A stretch of 64,000 nt of DNA from Octopus vulgaris (GCA_951406725.2 OX597814.1:132618001-132682000); one strand, 5' to 3'; shown: positions 16,041-34,421, counted from the first letter of the stretch. Notes: a model not told the origin generated them from the letters alone. Program-made: numbers and translations.

Positions 16041-17270
16041 TAATAATAATAATTACCATGGCTTCCAATTTAAACACAGGGCCAACAATTTTGAGGGGAG
16101 GGAATTAGTAATTACCATCAGCCTTAGTACTTGACTAGTACTTTATTTTAGCAAACTCGGAAAAATGAAAGGCAAAGTTGATCTTGGAGAGATTTGAAGA
16201 ATCATCTACAACATAAGAAGAGGGCCTCAGACATCTGAGATGGGGAAGAGAATATTTGATTAGATGTTCTTCGTTAGATGATTGGTTAAATGGTTTAATT
16301 GAATCTCGGCAGTTTGAAAGGCAAAGCAGATTGTAATGCAGAAAGTGAAAGTGATGTAACTGAATATCACAAAAAATAACGATTACCACTTGATTGAGTT
16401 TTTACCATCCACTGCCTTTGTAATAGTAATAATATTAGTTTCTAAAAGAGGCACAAGGCCTCAAATTTGGAGAGGAATATAGATGGTTATATTGATCCCA
16501 CTACTTGATTGATGCTTTATATTATGGACCTCAGAAATATGAAAGGCAAATTTGACCTTGGTGGGATTTGAACTCAGAATGTAAAGGGCTATAACTAAAT
16601 ACTAGAAAACATTTCGCTTGCCACTTTTGCAATTCTGCAATCCATTTTCCTCATAATATTAATACTATTCATAACAATGATAAGCTGAAAGACAATGCAA
16701 TTATAACAATTTCTTAATAATAATAATGATAATGATGATAACAATAACCTCTCTTATCTTTCACTCGTCCTAAGATGCTGGGTGTGTCTCAGCAAGTGAT
16801 TGTAACAAACATGCAGATTAAAAGTAAATAATAATAATAGTTTCAAATTTTGCCACAAAGGCAGCAATTTTGGGGAGAGGAGGTGAGTTGATTACATCGA
16901 ACCCAGTGTTCGACTAGTATTTATTTTATCAACCTTGAAAGGATGAAAGGTAAAGTCAACCTCAGCAGAAATTGAACTCAAAACATAGTGGCAGGTGAAA
17001 TACCGCTAAGCATTTTGTCCGGCATGCTAATGATTCTGCCAATGATGATGATGATCCTTTCTACTAAAGGCACAAGGCCTGAAATTTGGTGTTAGGGGAC
17101 TAGTCAATTACATCAACCCCAGTGTTTCACTGGTACTTAATTTATCAAATCCGAAAGGATGAAAAGCAAAGTGGACCTTGGTGGTATTTGAATTCAGAAC
17201 ACAGCGACGGGTGAAATACCGCTAAGCATTTCGTCTGGAGTGCTAACAATTCTGCCAGTTTGCCACCTCA
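14585..17270 (-). mobile_element. Cluster of about 8 decayed copies of the same SINE family
   Basis: Copies near 14590, 15000, 15235, 15400, 16060, 16440, 16840, 17055 with gaaaggcaaag...atttgaactcagaa motifs. Confidence 0.75.
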
Positions 17271-17699
17271 GTAAGAATAATAACGATAACAACAACATTA
17301 CAATAAACAGAGATATAACATAGTACTGATAACAATAAACAATAAGGAAAAAAAGTAGTAATTTAGAATCATTCTCTCAGTGCAAAACGACTGAACATGT
17401 GTCTATACATTTATATATACATGTTGTGTATGTGTATTTCAGATATAGCTTCTGTTTCTTTACATGAGAGTCTGTATCCTAATATGTATACACATGTAAC
17501 ATTCTGAGTTGATTGCTTGTACAGTATATGAATTTGTATGCAGCTAACAGTCCCAAGACAATATAATAAGGTTCCATATAAAATATGAATATAGTTGCAC
17601 AAGTTGAGCAAACATATGAGAGAAAAATGTATAAGCTGGCCCTCAATATTTTCTATTGTACAATATAGAATGCAATGTTGGAAAGTCTGCTTGTTATGA

Positions 17700-21140
<3,441 letters not shown>

Positions 21141-21189
21141 TGTATGCACAGTCTGTACATACACGCGTTTGTTAAAGGTGCATTGCTGT

Positions 21190-21423
21190 TCAGCCTTTAA
21201 ATCCAAAGAAATATTTTTCAACAAATGTAGCTTGATGAGGCTTGATATTTCGTTCTTCCCGTAGTTCTTCGGCTGGAAAGAAAGCTGGCGTCTCAGGTTC
21301 CCATTTAACTAAGTTGAAGTAACGTGTAATGGCTATAAATGGAATCCATGCCACCGAGGAGAGGATCAGAAGTGCAGCTATGAATTGCGCCCACCATGGC
21401 CGGGGCTGCATCACAGTGTGACC
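21190..21423 (-). CDS. SLC6 transporter last coding exon (TM12 and C-terminus): GHTVMQPRPWWAQF...KYFFGFKG*
   Basis: 234 nt including TGA; acceptor cattgacag|GGT; P-x-W motif before TM12. Confidence 0.92.
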   Translation of the reverse strand, partial: GHTVMQPRPWWAQFIAALLILSSVAWIPFIAITRYFNLVKWEPETPAFFPAEELREERNIKPHQATFVEKYFFGFKG

Positions 21424-21555
21424 CTGTCAATGAAAATCGGACAAGAACATCTATAGATTAATATGTAAAATTGAAGACAGTCATTACACAATAAATTATT
21501 TATTCATCAGAATGATTAATGCATATTGGTAAATGATAATGTTGCCTTGTATATA

Positions 21556-22137
21556 ATCTTTTCTTCTCTGGGCACCAGGCCCGAAATTTTTGGAGAAGGG
21601 GCCAGTCGATTAGATCGACCCCAGTACACAACAGGTACTTAATTTATCGAACCCGAAAGGATGAAAGGCAAAGTTGACCTCGTCGGAATGGGAACTCAGA
21701 ACGTGAAGATTGACGAAATACCTATTTCTTTATTACCCACAAGGGGATAAACATAGAGGGGACAAATAAGGACAGACAAACAGATTAAGTCGATTATATC
21801 GACCCCAGTGCGTAACTGGTACTTATTTAATCGACCCCGAAAGGTTGAAAAGCAAAGTCAACCTCGGCGGAATTTGAACTCAGAACGTAGCGGCAGACGA
21901 AATACCTATTTCTTTACTACCCACAAGGGGCTAAACACACAGAGGACAAACAAGGACAGACAAACGGATTAAGTCGATTATATCGACCCCAGTGCGTAAC
22001 TGGTACTTATTAATCGACCCCGAAAGGATGGAAGGGAAAGTCGACCTCGGCGGTATTTGAACTCAAAGCGTAAAGGCAGACGAAATACCGCTAAGCATTT
22101 CGCCTGGCGTGCAGACGTTTCTGGCAGCTCGCCGCCC
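21556..22137 (-). mobile_element. tRNA-derived octopus SINE, head-to-tail trimer
   Basis: One head (A box TGCCAGAAACG, B box GAGTTCAAAT) plus three bodies with GCCTTTCATCCTTTCGGGGTCGAT...AAGTACCAG; single TSD tgttgccttgtatata at 21540-21555 and 22138-22153. Confidence 0.9.
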
Positions 22138-22641
22138 TGTTGCCTTGTATATAGTTATATATAATAAGTTAGTTTCCTTGCTTCCTAAATTTTGATTTTT
22201 TTAAATATATAACAATGTTTTCACGCTTTAGTGAATAATCATAGATGTAATATATAGGAGAATATTTCACCATGAAATAAGTAAGCAGCGTTGGTGTACG
22301 ACACGATCAATAAATAAATAAATAAATAAACAAATATATAAATAATTCATTCTACGGTTGGCAAAAGGTCTGAAATTCGTGTCGCTACACATTTGGTTCG
22401 GCCGGCTAACGATTCTGTGAGCTTGCCACCAAACAATAATGATAATACTCCTTTCTGCTTTAAGTACAAGGCCTGAAATTTGAGGGGAGGGGGATGGTCG
22501 GATGACCTTGGTGGAATTTGAACTCAGAACATAGCAGCAGACAAAATACCACTCAGTATTTTGCCCGGGCGTGCTAAAAATGCTGCCACCCTACCGCTTT
22601 AGCAGTCATAATGATGATGATGATGATGATGATAATAATAA

Positions 22642-23031
22642 TGCCGGATCATAGATAAAGCAATAGTGTTAAATGAGAAAGAAAGCAAACGATGCTGGAT
22701 CATAGATATAGCATGCCCAGCTGACAACAAGGTATGCGATAAGGAAGAAAGAAAAGTCGATAGATATGACAGGTTAGCTTGGGAGGTTACGCAGTTGTGA
22801 TCGATGAAAAAGGTGGTAGTAATACCAATAACTGTCGGAGCCCTGGGAACAGTGAGTAAAAATCTTGAGAAGTACATGGAACAAATAGGGGCTGCAATAA
22901 GGGTGGAGCACTTGCAGAAAACATCACTACTTGGAACCGCTCGAATACTCCGGATGGTACTCGAAAAATAAGGGGTGTTACCTTATTTCACTGATAGTAA
23001 ACACATCCAGCGTTAGAAGCTGTGCAAAGAC
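22642..23031 (+). mobile_element. 3' fragment of an R4/Dong-like RLE non-LTR retrotransposon
   Basis: Translates IVLNEKESKRCWIIDIACPADNKV...VIPITVGALGTV...LQKTSLLGTARILRMVLEK* (one internal stop), the restriction-like endonuclease C-terminus; flanked by (AAT)n. Confidence 0.8.
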
Positions 23032-23049
23032 AATAATAATAATAATGGG

Positions 23050-23337
23050 AAGCCCCCTTCGGTCATGAATGACCATGGGATTGCACCTAGAAGGCCAGCA
23101 GTCGCCCATGCATACCGGCCACCACTCTCTACACCACCAATGTTATCCAAGGGAAAGGCAAGGGCCGATACAGCTTGGCATCAGTGATGTCGCAACTCAT
23201 TTCTACAACTGAGTAAACTGGAGCAACGTGAAATAAAGTGTCTTGTTCAAGAACACAACACGCAGCCCGGTCCGGGAATCGAACACACAACCTAACGATC
23301 GTAAGCTCGACGCTCTAACCACTGGGCCATGCGCCTT
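23050..23337 (-). mobile_element. tRNA-derived CORE-type SINE, same family as 44427-44746
   Basis: Reverse-complement match; inserted in (AAT)n. Confidence 0.8.
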
Positions 23338-23374
23338 CACAATAATATCAATAATAATAATAATAATAATAATA

Positions 23375-24762
<1,388 letters not shown>

Positions 24763-24784
24763 TGATGATGATGATGATAATAAT

Positions 24785-24947
24785 AGGGGCTGCAATAAGG
24801 GTGGAGCTTTTGCAGAAAACAGTACTAATTGGAATCGCTCGAAGCACTTGGAAGGTGCTCGAAAAATAAGGGGTGTTACCTTAGTTCACTAGTAGTGAAC
24901 AGCTGACACCGTAGTACATCTCCAGCGTTAGAAGCTGTGCAAAGGCG

Positions 24948-25026
<79 letters not shown>

Positions 25027-25300
25027 CAATGATAATAATAATCCCAGTAATTGTAGAGGCACTGGGAGTGTTGTAATGAGGTTTGAGAGATTTGCTGGAA
25101 AAGTTGGGATTGACGTGAGGGTAGAACATGCTCAGAAAACTGTTCTTTTGGGGACAGCTAGGATCATGAGATTGGTACTTGGCTGTTAAATATCATGAAA
25201 AGATACCCTGTGAGACTTTTGGCAACACGTTGCTGTCTGCTCTTACAAAATTAATTCGAGCAAGTGAAATCGAGAGGTCTGAAAAGTGAAGTGGAAATAA
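24785..25300 (+). mobile_element. Two further 5'-truncated R4/Dong-like 3' ends (24785-24947 same family as 22642; 25040-25300 related family)
   Basis: GAAIRVELLQKTVLIGIARSTWKVLEK* and IPVIVEALG...QKTVLLGTARIMRLVLGC*; each begins inside (AAT)n. Confidence 0.7.
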
Positions 25301-25909
25301 TACTAAAATAATGGACAAACTCCCAAAACACTGCTGTAAATGCTATTCATCAAGACAGATTGAAGTAAAAGGAACAGGAAAACTATTTGAAGAAAACTGG
25401 AAAATAAAGAGACCAGTGTCTGCTCAAAGGTGTATGATACTGCAACAGTAAGTCGTAAAATGATGAAGATGCTTTTAGCATGATAGAGCTAGTGTTAGCA
25501 TGTAGAAGGTAGTCTGGTGAAATGGGAATTATTTCAGTTAAATGTAGATGCCTCTCTTTCATTAACATTCGATAAAAAAAATTTAACTAGTCCAGGGGCT
25601 AGTCCAGGGACGGTAAATTGGAATCTAAGCAGCTAAAGCTCGTCTTGTCAGTGAGTTATTAGTGGTGGCCGAAATCTCAAGCCACCCTTTTTAAGCTTTC
25701 AGCTTACTCTTTCTACTGCTAGCCCCTCCTCAGAGCAGCGGCCCTCCTCTATTTCCGGTCCCTCCATGGCAATAAGGTATGTTTCTGCATGTGCACATGT
25801 GAAGGCAGGTGTTACTGTATATGACAGGGAAGACAAAGTACCAATGGGTGGTGAGTGAACAAAGCATTGTAGAACGCGGGCGAGTGGTGAATGGATGATC
25901 CAATACGTG

Positions 25910-26140
25910 GGCGGCGAGCTGGCAGAATCGTTAGCATGCCGGGCGAAATGCTTAGTGGTATTTCGTCTGCCGCTATGTTCTGAGTTCAAATCCCGCCGAG
26001 GTCGACTTTGCCTTTCATCCTTTCGGGGTCGATTAAAAAAGTACCAGTTACGCACTGGGATCGATATAATCGACTTAATCCGTTTGTCTGTCCTTGTTCG
26101 TCCCCTCTGTGTGTAGCCCCTGGTGGGCAGTAAAGAAACA
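25910..26140 (+). mobile_element. tRNA-derived octopus SINE, full-length monomer
   Basis: GGCGGCGAGCTGGCAGAATCG...GAGTTCAAAT...GTAAAGAAACA; decayed ~21 bp TSD gaatggatgat...; central GCCTTTCATCC...GTCGAT...GTACCAG block resembles the Meta-SINE domain (from memory). Confidence 0.9.
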
Positions 26141-26207
26141 GAATGGATGATGCAGTATGTGAATATATAAGTAAAGAAGGTGGGTAGTGTAGAAAGTGCG
26201 TGTGTGG

Positions 26208-26294
<87 letters not shown>

Positions 26295-26585
26295 CTTGTG
26301 TGTTAGTGCTGTACATAATTGTATTTGTGGGAAAAGGATGAACTGCCGAATTTAGAGGGAAACAAGTGGGTTGTTAAGACCGGCTGAGAAAGTTGTATTT
26401 GCGTGAGAACAAAATATTAGTTGTAACTCTGTGGAACCTACCAGGACGTTTCTGCCTATCCAAAGGAAATTTAGCAAAGTACATCCGACTAAATTCTCTG
26501 TTTCAAATGACAAAAATCCAAGAAAGAATAAAAGAATAGATTCACAACAGAAGGTAGTATGTGTCTAAACAAAAAGTTATCTTAC

Positions 26586-26748
26586 CTTTGCTGCATCCCA
26601 TGCCATATAATAAGATCCATTCTCTAAAATTTCGAACAAACTAGCAACGAAAATGACTATCATAACTAGAGGTGCTAGATAACGCCACATAAACATCCAA
26701 AAGTAACTGGGACGTATTCCAACCATCATTTCTACGTCATCACTAAAC
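26586..26748 (-). CDS. SLC6 transporter exon (TM11): FSDDVEMMVGIRPSYFWMFMWRYLAP...YMAWDAAK
   Basis: 163 nt; acceptor ttttttcag|G, donor AAG|gtaaga; phase 2 to 0; translated by hand. Confidence 0.94.
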
Positions 26749-26964
26749 CTGAAAAAAAATTATTTTAATTATTTTCATAATTCATGGCAACCATTAACCA
26801 AATTTTACAAAGTTCATTTCATATACTTTTAAAAAATACATCCACATATACGTTCATATACCCAGACGCCCAGACACACAGACACACAGACACACACATA
26901 TATACACACATACATACCGTCAGTAGTTCATATATCCGAAAAAGAGGCACTCTAAAATATTAGA

Positions 26965-27337
26965 GCAGTGGTAAGTAGCTTGCTTACCAACCACATGGTT
27001 CCGGGTTCAGTCCCACTGCCTGGCACCTTGGGCAAGTGTCTTCTACTATAGCCTCAAGGCCGACCAAAGCCTTATGAGTGGATTTGGTAGACGGAAACTC
27101 AAAGAAACCCGTCGTATATATGTATGTATATGTTTATGTGCTTGTGTTTGTCCCCCTAGCATTGCTTGACAACCGATGCTGGTGTGTTTACGTCCCCGTA
27201 ACTTAGCGGTTCGGCAAATGAGACCGATAGAATAAGTACTGGGCTTACAAAAAATAAGTTCCGGGGTCGATTTGCTCGACTAAAGGTGGTGCTCCAGCAT
27301 GGCCACAGTCAAATGACTGAAACAAGTAAAAGAGTAA
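26965..27337 (+). mobile_element. Third SINE family with an internal microsatellite (other copies: 55438-55950 +, 35830-36170 -, 40585-41070 -, partial 50485-50556 +)
   Basis: gtggtaag...gggttcagtccc...cttgggcaagtgtcttctactatagcc...ccgtcgtata[microsat]...cagtcaaatgactgaaacaagtaaaaga. Confidence 0.8.
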
Positions 27338-27386
<49 letters not shown>

Positions 27387-27510
27387 GGATACATATATAG
27401 GGATACACATACATTTTTGGATATGTATATGAAATTTTGCATGAATGTATATATAATGGACATAAGATATTTTCAAAGATGTTCCTGGATTTTAAAGGAG
27501 TCATACTTAC

Positions 27511-27670
27511 TGTTTCAGTCCGTATATGTATGAAACTGCGATTACTTCAAGGAAGGCAATGACTAGAAGAGGGATATTTGCACAATACATGTCGAACAGG
27601 TCAAAAACATATGGACCAGTTGACGTTGCAAAGCAAAATGATATTAACATTGACACGAAACATACAACGC
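27511..27670 (-). CDS. SLC6 transporter exon (TM9-TM10): (G)VVCFVSMLISFCFATSTGPYVFDLFDMY...EVIAVSYIYGLK(Q)
   Basis: 160 nt; acceptor tttttcag|GC, donor CA|gtaagt; phase 1 to 2; translated by hand. Confidence 0.94.
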
Positions 27671-29395
27671 CTGAAAAAGAAAAGAAAATTTTAGATAAAG
27701 TAAAACATGAAAACGAATCAAAACACTACAAATAGGACAAAGTAGGTTGAGCACGGTATTAGTTTAATGCTCAAGACGGGTACTTAAATGAGGATATATT
27801 CCTCGACGTTATGTTTAAAAAGATAAGAAAATGCAAGGAAAGATATTGGGAGAGGAAAGAGCGAGTTAGAGAACAGCTGTATGAATGTGAAAGAAAGTAG
27901 ATTAATTTATCAAATGAGATTTGAAAATATATATATATATATGAAAGAAGAAAGCAGGGGCAACCAGAAGGCTTAAGAGACAGTGGGGAATGCTGTTCTA
28001 TGAGGAGGGATCTAGAAGGTATAAAGATGCAGATGCATAGGTGCTTTTGTGTGTGTGATACATTATAAATGAAAAGCTCCTAATTCGAGTATTCTGAGTT
28101 AAGCCTTTCCAATCTTTCATTTAATACTCAGAGCCTGCTTATTATTTTGTGAAATATTTGCTGTTTGAATATATTTCTGAAACATCATGCAAAAGTGATG
28201 AAGAAACACTTGCTTTAATGCTCTTGTTTTACAAAACCGATACTGCCTTGAATAAAAATTCTTAATTTTTCACTGAAACAAAGGTCACGCCGCATTTTTT
28301 AATTTAAAGCCGCTATTTCTGTATGATTGTGCCCTATCAAATAAATAATTTTGAGTCCATGAAGATTTCTCTCACACAAGCGCCACAAAAATTTCAACAA
28401 AGGCGTAATGCATCTCCTGTCAGAGCTGACAAATGAATTTTTGCGCTTATGAAATTTCCTGAAATTGCCATATTTTAGGATAATCTCTGCTGTTTGTTTT
28501 AACTATGGCACTGTATATTATCGTCATTGCCTGGCAGTTACCATCTGGTGGGTAGTTCTCTTAAATTCTGAGTTGCAAGATCTTTAATGGCCAGCTGCTT
28601 CCATTGCTTTCCCATTCAGCTTTGTAGTATTATAACTTCTGATATAACAATTAAAATTCGTAAAACTGAACTACTAACCTTAACACAGTTAATATTTAAT
28701 ATCTTACTATACTTATGCCTCGGCGGAAAATGGCGATTTATTAAACGAAGGAATTCCCTAAATCACCTCTTAATTCTAGGTTCATTACGGTTACATTAAA
28801 TGTCATAAAAATTTTATCTTTCCAATTTCTGTTTCAACATTTGTCGTTCCCAGTGTTTTTTTTAAGGCTTGGAACCTTATCGAATACCTCATCATTTCAA
28901 AGAATCTCGTTATGCTACCCAGCTGCTCTCATGAAAGCTTCTTCATTGGAAGATAATGAAGATATTCGATGTATTTAAAGCAGTAATGGTTTTCTGATTA
29001 ACATAACGTAATATTCCTAATGATTTGAACAAAAGCTGTTTAAAATTAATTTGGCTTAAATCAGTTTGATTTAATTATGTATCACAGTTATGTAGTTAAA
29101 CATTTGATGATGAGGTGTATCGTAATTAAATAACCTAGGAACACAAAGTGTGTAGTATATGGGAAATTTATGATTTTTCTGCTTTTATGCTAAGTATGTT
29201 ACTCTTAAAATCGTTTTGTTCGTTTATGTAAATACTTGTACGTCGGTCCTAATTAGATCTACTGCAATGTAATAACTTGTCGGGGTTTAATGACCATTTA
29301 TTAATTGCGTTCTTAATGATAAACTCTTTGATATTCATACATCATTTCTTTATATGTGTGTCTTTGTTTATGTGTGTTTGTATGTACATGCGTGG

Positions 29396-29433
<38 letters not shown>

Positions 29434-31319
29434 TAATTGTATTGTGGAACAGCCATTTTATCCATCTAATTATTACGTAAACCATTCAGCTCAATTTTCA
29501 TTTTATTACTTGATGTTTTAAGCATTTCGTTGCATCATACTTACACAATTCCACTTCAACAATTTTAAATTTTGTTGGTCCCATGCTCATATGGGTCTCA
29601 TGTCTAACTTTGCTGTTGAACTCAGGAATATAAGTCTGTTGAATCATCTTTATCAACGTTAACTACTCGAAATCGGTTGTCGTTAGTTTCTTCTGAGCCC
29701 CGTCTCTTGTTTGTGTAAAGGAGGTGAATGGACGTGCAAGATGAGTTTCAGTTGACTCAGTGTGAATTTAGGCAGGCCAGAAGGATAGAAGCTATTGTAG
29801 TAGCGACAAAATACATAAAGCTGACAGTGCGTTGGTGACTGAACCAATCAATTGCACAGTTTTCTTTTTTGATTTAAGATGTGATTTAAGATGTTAGAGT
29901 GTGTAACCGCAATATGATAAAAAACAAAAAAAAATCTTCATCCATTTCTGAGAGTATATAGTCTACCATAGATAGCTGTCTACATATATGAACGGAGGTA
30001 TCTAATCATTCACACTACAATCTTTTCTCCGAAACTGAAGCACTAGAAACCCCAGGAGCTAAGTTGTGAGAGTTAATAGAAACAATCCATTGAAACATAT
30101 TCAGTAAAGAGACACTAAAAATGTTTAAATGTCAGCCCAATCTTCCACCAGTTACATTCTTTGATAAAGAAATAGAATACGAACTGGATAGTGAAGTCCA
30201 AGGTCTCTGTGCTTGAGATACAATCAAGTTGGCTATGACTGTAATCCTTTTATCAACTATCTAAATTCCTGCCATCAGATGGCACGCTTACTCCCTGGGA
30301 AAAATTGTACATATGAGTCAGTAACTTCAATGAATCATCTGGTGTGATTCATTAATATACGAAAACAATTACACAGCAAATCTCATCTCATACGAATAAG
30401 TGCACGCACTGGCTCTATAAAAGATGCATTTTGGTACACACACACACGCATACACACACGCGCGCGTACACACACACACACTAATGTTTGTTTTTATGTT
30501 CAGTTATGACAAAAATAATTTTACATTAATCAGAGGGCTTACTCTATACTTTTGTTGAGTAAAAATGTATAATTCTTATACGAGAAAGGCGGTGCTCTAG
30601 TATGGCCACAGTCAAATGACTGAAACAAATAAAAGAAAAAAAAAAATAAATAAAAGAATGTTTTGGATAGAGACTTCGAATTTTCGGCCAACTAAGTCAC
30701 CTTCGGAATGAATACAGTTAGTCTTGCTTTATATAGTCTCTGATCAATTAAAAATCATCTTTAGGCGTCTGGGTTTGAGTGGAGTGGTAAGTTTTTGTGG
30801 TCGGTTGTTATGGAAAGGTGTTCTGGGAAAAAAACTTTTATTGATTAAATTGGGGGTGGGTGTTATGTTATTGTTCAGAATTTATCCATGCGTGTAGAAC
30901 TTTGTAAACAAACATGCACGTGTTTATCTCTTGTCAGGTAGGCACAAGATGTGATAGTAGTTTCGTTGCTTTTGAATTTAATCCATCCTTTTGATTAGAC
31001 TATATATATATATGCTAGCTGATGTACCTGGCAATTCCATGAATTTTGGAGAGTATATCAGCCGAAACGTTGTGTTAACAACAAACAAAATGAGGACAAA
31101 TATCGGTCAAATGTAAATAATATATGTATGTATGAATCTATATGTGTATGTATATATCGTTATATGCAAGAGAAGCAAGTTTTAACTTAAAATGTATTCT
31201 CTCTCACTCGTGTGTGTGTGTATTCATGTGTATACTTGTATGTACCTTCTATGTATGTATGTATGTATGTATGTATGTATGTATGTATGTATGTATGTAT
31301 GTATGTATGTATGTATCTA

Positions 31320-31467
<148 letters not shown>

Positions 31468-31507
31468 CCAGCATGGCCACAGCTCATGAGCTGAAACTAG
31501 AATCAAT

Positions 31508-31551
<44 letters not shown>

Positions 31552-32565
31552 GTATATACGTAGGTATACATGTATGCCTAGAATGCAATTAAAATCAATT
31601 TGAAAAATATATTTGAAAACAACAATTCTAAAATGACTGAAAATATCTCTCTTCTGATTCTGATCGCTTACGTTATTGGAATAAATCCTTTTAAAACTAT
31701 AAATACTTGTTCTCCGATTCAGAACAACTTATCAATGGGAAATGTGTTGGAAATCATTCTGTCTTAATCCACAAATACACTCTAGAGAAAGATCTATTTA
31801 CAGTTCTTTGTCATTGATGTCATGATCTCATTAATTATGATTGGAAAACACAGGTATAATAGATAGGAAATTTGTTGGGAATTATTTTCATTCAAAATCA
31901 AATGTATACAGGAAGAAAATGTTGAAATGATTTGTTGTAAACATTCTATGAATTGAAGTAAAAAAATGGGTAGTTGATATGAAATTTGGAACAAAATATC
32001 ATTATTTATGTGTAAATTTTAATTTTATTTTAATCAAGATATTATTATTTTAATATTTACTGGTATTCTCTGGACAGCACCTATTACCATTTTCAAGAGA
32101 ATTGACCACTGAAAATAACATTTGTACGAAAATACTCACCTTACGTGACTTCAACAAACCTAAACTTAGACGCTTCCTCAATTTACACACGCAAGGAAAT
32201 TAGAGCACTTTAGTACCTTGGTCTTAGAGACAGCAGTTATATTGCTTCAATGAAGGTTGAAGGCCTCAAAGATCTCTAGCGGTTATGTTTCTCACTTGGA
32301 TGGTGTTGATTGTTGTTTAATCCCAGATCAACCTTGATTAAACTGACTTGATAATTAAAGTTGTCATGAACGAGAGCAAGCCCTCTTTTTATTTCTAGGA
32401 ATACATTTTTGAGACAGTAAAGCGTAATTTCCTAGAGATTTGGCTGCTTTTGTTATACGTTTAAAAAAAAAAGTGTCAAAATTTGTTGAAAGTAAGAAAA
32501 CTGTGTGGAAGTGTTTGTTAGGTGGGTTTAAATAACGAATGAGAGATATGATAAAGATACGAGTT

Positions 32566-32766
32566 TACGAAGGGGTGCTGAAAAGTTCCTGGCTTTGGGT
32601 AAAAGAAAATCAGTTAAATATGATTTCATTCAACAGATTCCACTCTCAGATTCACAGCGGTCCCTCAGTTTGTCTAAATCCTGTAAAAAAAAATCGGAGG
32701 TTTGGACCACCAATCAGGCTTTTGGCGATGTTCTTAAAACCAAGAGCTTTTCAATAGCCCCTCATA
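32566..32766. mobile_element. Mariner-like MITE
   Basis: Imperfect TIRs tacgaaggggtgctgaaaagttcctgg / ccaagagcttttcaatagcccctcata. Confidence 0.6.
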
Positions 32767-33359
32767 TATGACATGTCAGTCTTAATACAAAAATATGTAA
32801 TGTATTAAAAATTATAATATATATCGGCAAACAGAAAGTGAGTGGCATATTTAGATACTTAGATTAAAGATTGACTGTCGTTCACGTGTCTTTTAGTAAG
32901 AGGAATTCAGCAGCATCTTTGAAATATTAGAAGGGTGATATTCCTTAACATAAATAGTTAATACAGCTATATTAGCTATTATTTCATAGCTGAGTACAGT
33001 GTTATATTATTGCTAAAACCGCACCCTGTAAGAATAATGGTAAACCACAACTTGCATACGGAAGAAACCACCCTACAAGAAAGCATAACTTGTTACAGAA
33101 TACAAAAATATATATTATCTGTATTTATATATGACTTAAATCCCCGGCACTGCACTGTATCCTTAAGCAAGACTACTTTACTTCACGTTCTCACAGTCCA
33201 CTCAGCGGGTAAAAATGAGTAGTATTCGTATTTCAAATATGTATATGTATATGCGTAAACATACATACTTTATGACAAAATATTCAACAAGAACAGAGCG
33301 CACAAGGCTGAACACTGATCTGCTGATTTGATTCTTCTCTCAAGAATATAATGACTTAC

Positions 33360-33561
33360 CACAAACAACTTCTTTTCTGATTGCAGGAAACAATAACATA
33401 TCATTTATAGATGTAATGGCACCTTCAAGAGTACCAAACATTGTGTCCAATCCAAGTGTGAGCAGCATGAGGAAGAAGAGAACGGCCCACAATGGGGCAA
33501 CAGGAAACTGATCGATTGCTTCTGTGAAGGCAATGAATGCTAGTCCGGTCCCGGAGGCTGA
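33360..33561 (-). CDS. SLC6 transporter exon (EL4b-TM8): [15 protein letters not shown]...[12 protein letters not shown]...EVVC(G)
   Basis: 202 nt; acceptor atttcag|TCA, donor G|gtaagt; phase 0 to 1. Confidence 0.95.
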
Positions 33562-33624
33562 CTGAAATATCAAGCATAAAGAAATAATTAGTTTAATATA
33601 TAAAGTTATTCCAAACATGAAAAC

Positions 33625-33815
33625 ACAAAGAGATAACACACAACAACGCGAGAACGTAGAACAAGTATAGTGTTATTGGACGCTCAGGAAAGGAAAGAAA
33701 GAAGGAGGATTAAATGTTTCGAGCGGAGCTCTTCGTCAGAAACATAGGAAAAAGAAAGATCCAAGGAAAGGAAGACAGAGGGAAAAAATCGCCAACGATA
33801 CACACGTGGTCACAA
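33625..33815 (-). mobile_element. Penelope-like element terminal-repeat fragment with hammerhead-like motif (second copy 19580-19702)
   Basis: Two homologous copies; minus strand reads CTGACGA-AGAGC-tcc-GCTC-GAAAC. Confidence 0.55.
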
Positions 33816-33825
33816 TATATGTTAA

Positions 33826-34056
33826 GGCGGCGAGCTGGCAGAAACGTTAGCACGCCGGGCGAAATGTGTAGCCGTATTTCGCCTGCCGCTACGTTTTGGG
33901 TTCAAATTCCGCCGAGGTCGACTTTGCCTTTCATCCTTTCGGGGTCGATAAATTAAGTACCAGTTACGCACTGGGGTCGATATAATCGACTTAATCCGTT
34001 TGTCTGTCCTTGTTTGTCCCCTCTGTGTTTAGCCCCTTGTGGGTAGTAAAGATATA
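33826..34056 (+). mobile_element. tRNA-derived octopus SINE, full-length monomer
   Basis: Near-identical to 25910-26140. Confidence 0.9.
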
Positions 34057-34421
34057 AATATATGCGTGTGTAATTATATGTTGTTCATGCTGATGTTGTT
34101 TAGCTAAATGACAAATTGTTTGAAGGAGACACGTGATCTAAGTTTAGAAAACTTAGTTCACGTGTCTCCTAATAATCATTTCGTCTGCTTTCTTTATTAG
34201 AAACTATTTATGATGGTCCCTATTACATATTAATGTAGGTGCATTACATACCTAATTAGAAATACTTATGCAGCTAGGAAAAGGTGAGTAGTTCAGCGAT
34301 TGATTTTATTTCAAATATCTAGGCATTTATGAGTAACAAACTAAAAAACGAAGGCTGCGCAACATTATTTATGGAAGGTTTAGCTACATGCTATTTATAA
34401 CAGATTGAGTGAATATACACT

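Noticed and set aside
21721-21905. Regularly repeated units suggestive of CRISPR or a hammerhead retrozyme
   Set aside because: Eukaryotic SINE bodies without unique spacers; no CUGANGA/GAAA hammerhead core seen in the 184 bp unit.
25699-26316. 205-aa ORF
   Set aside because: Composite of microsatellite and antisense SINE sequence within the last intron.
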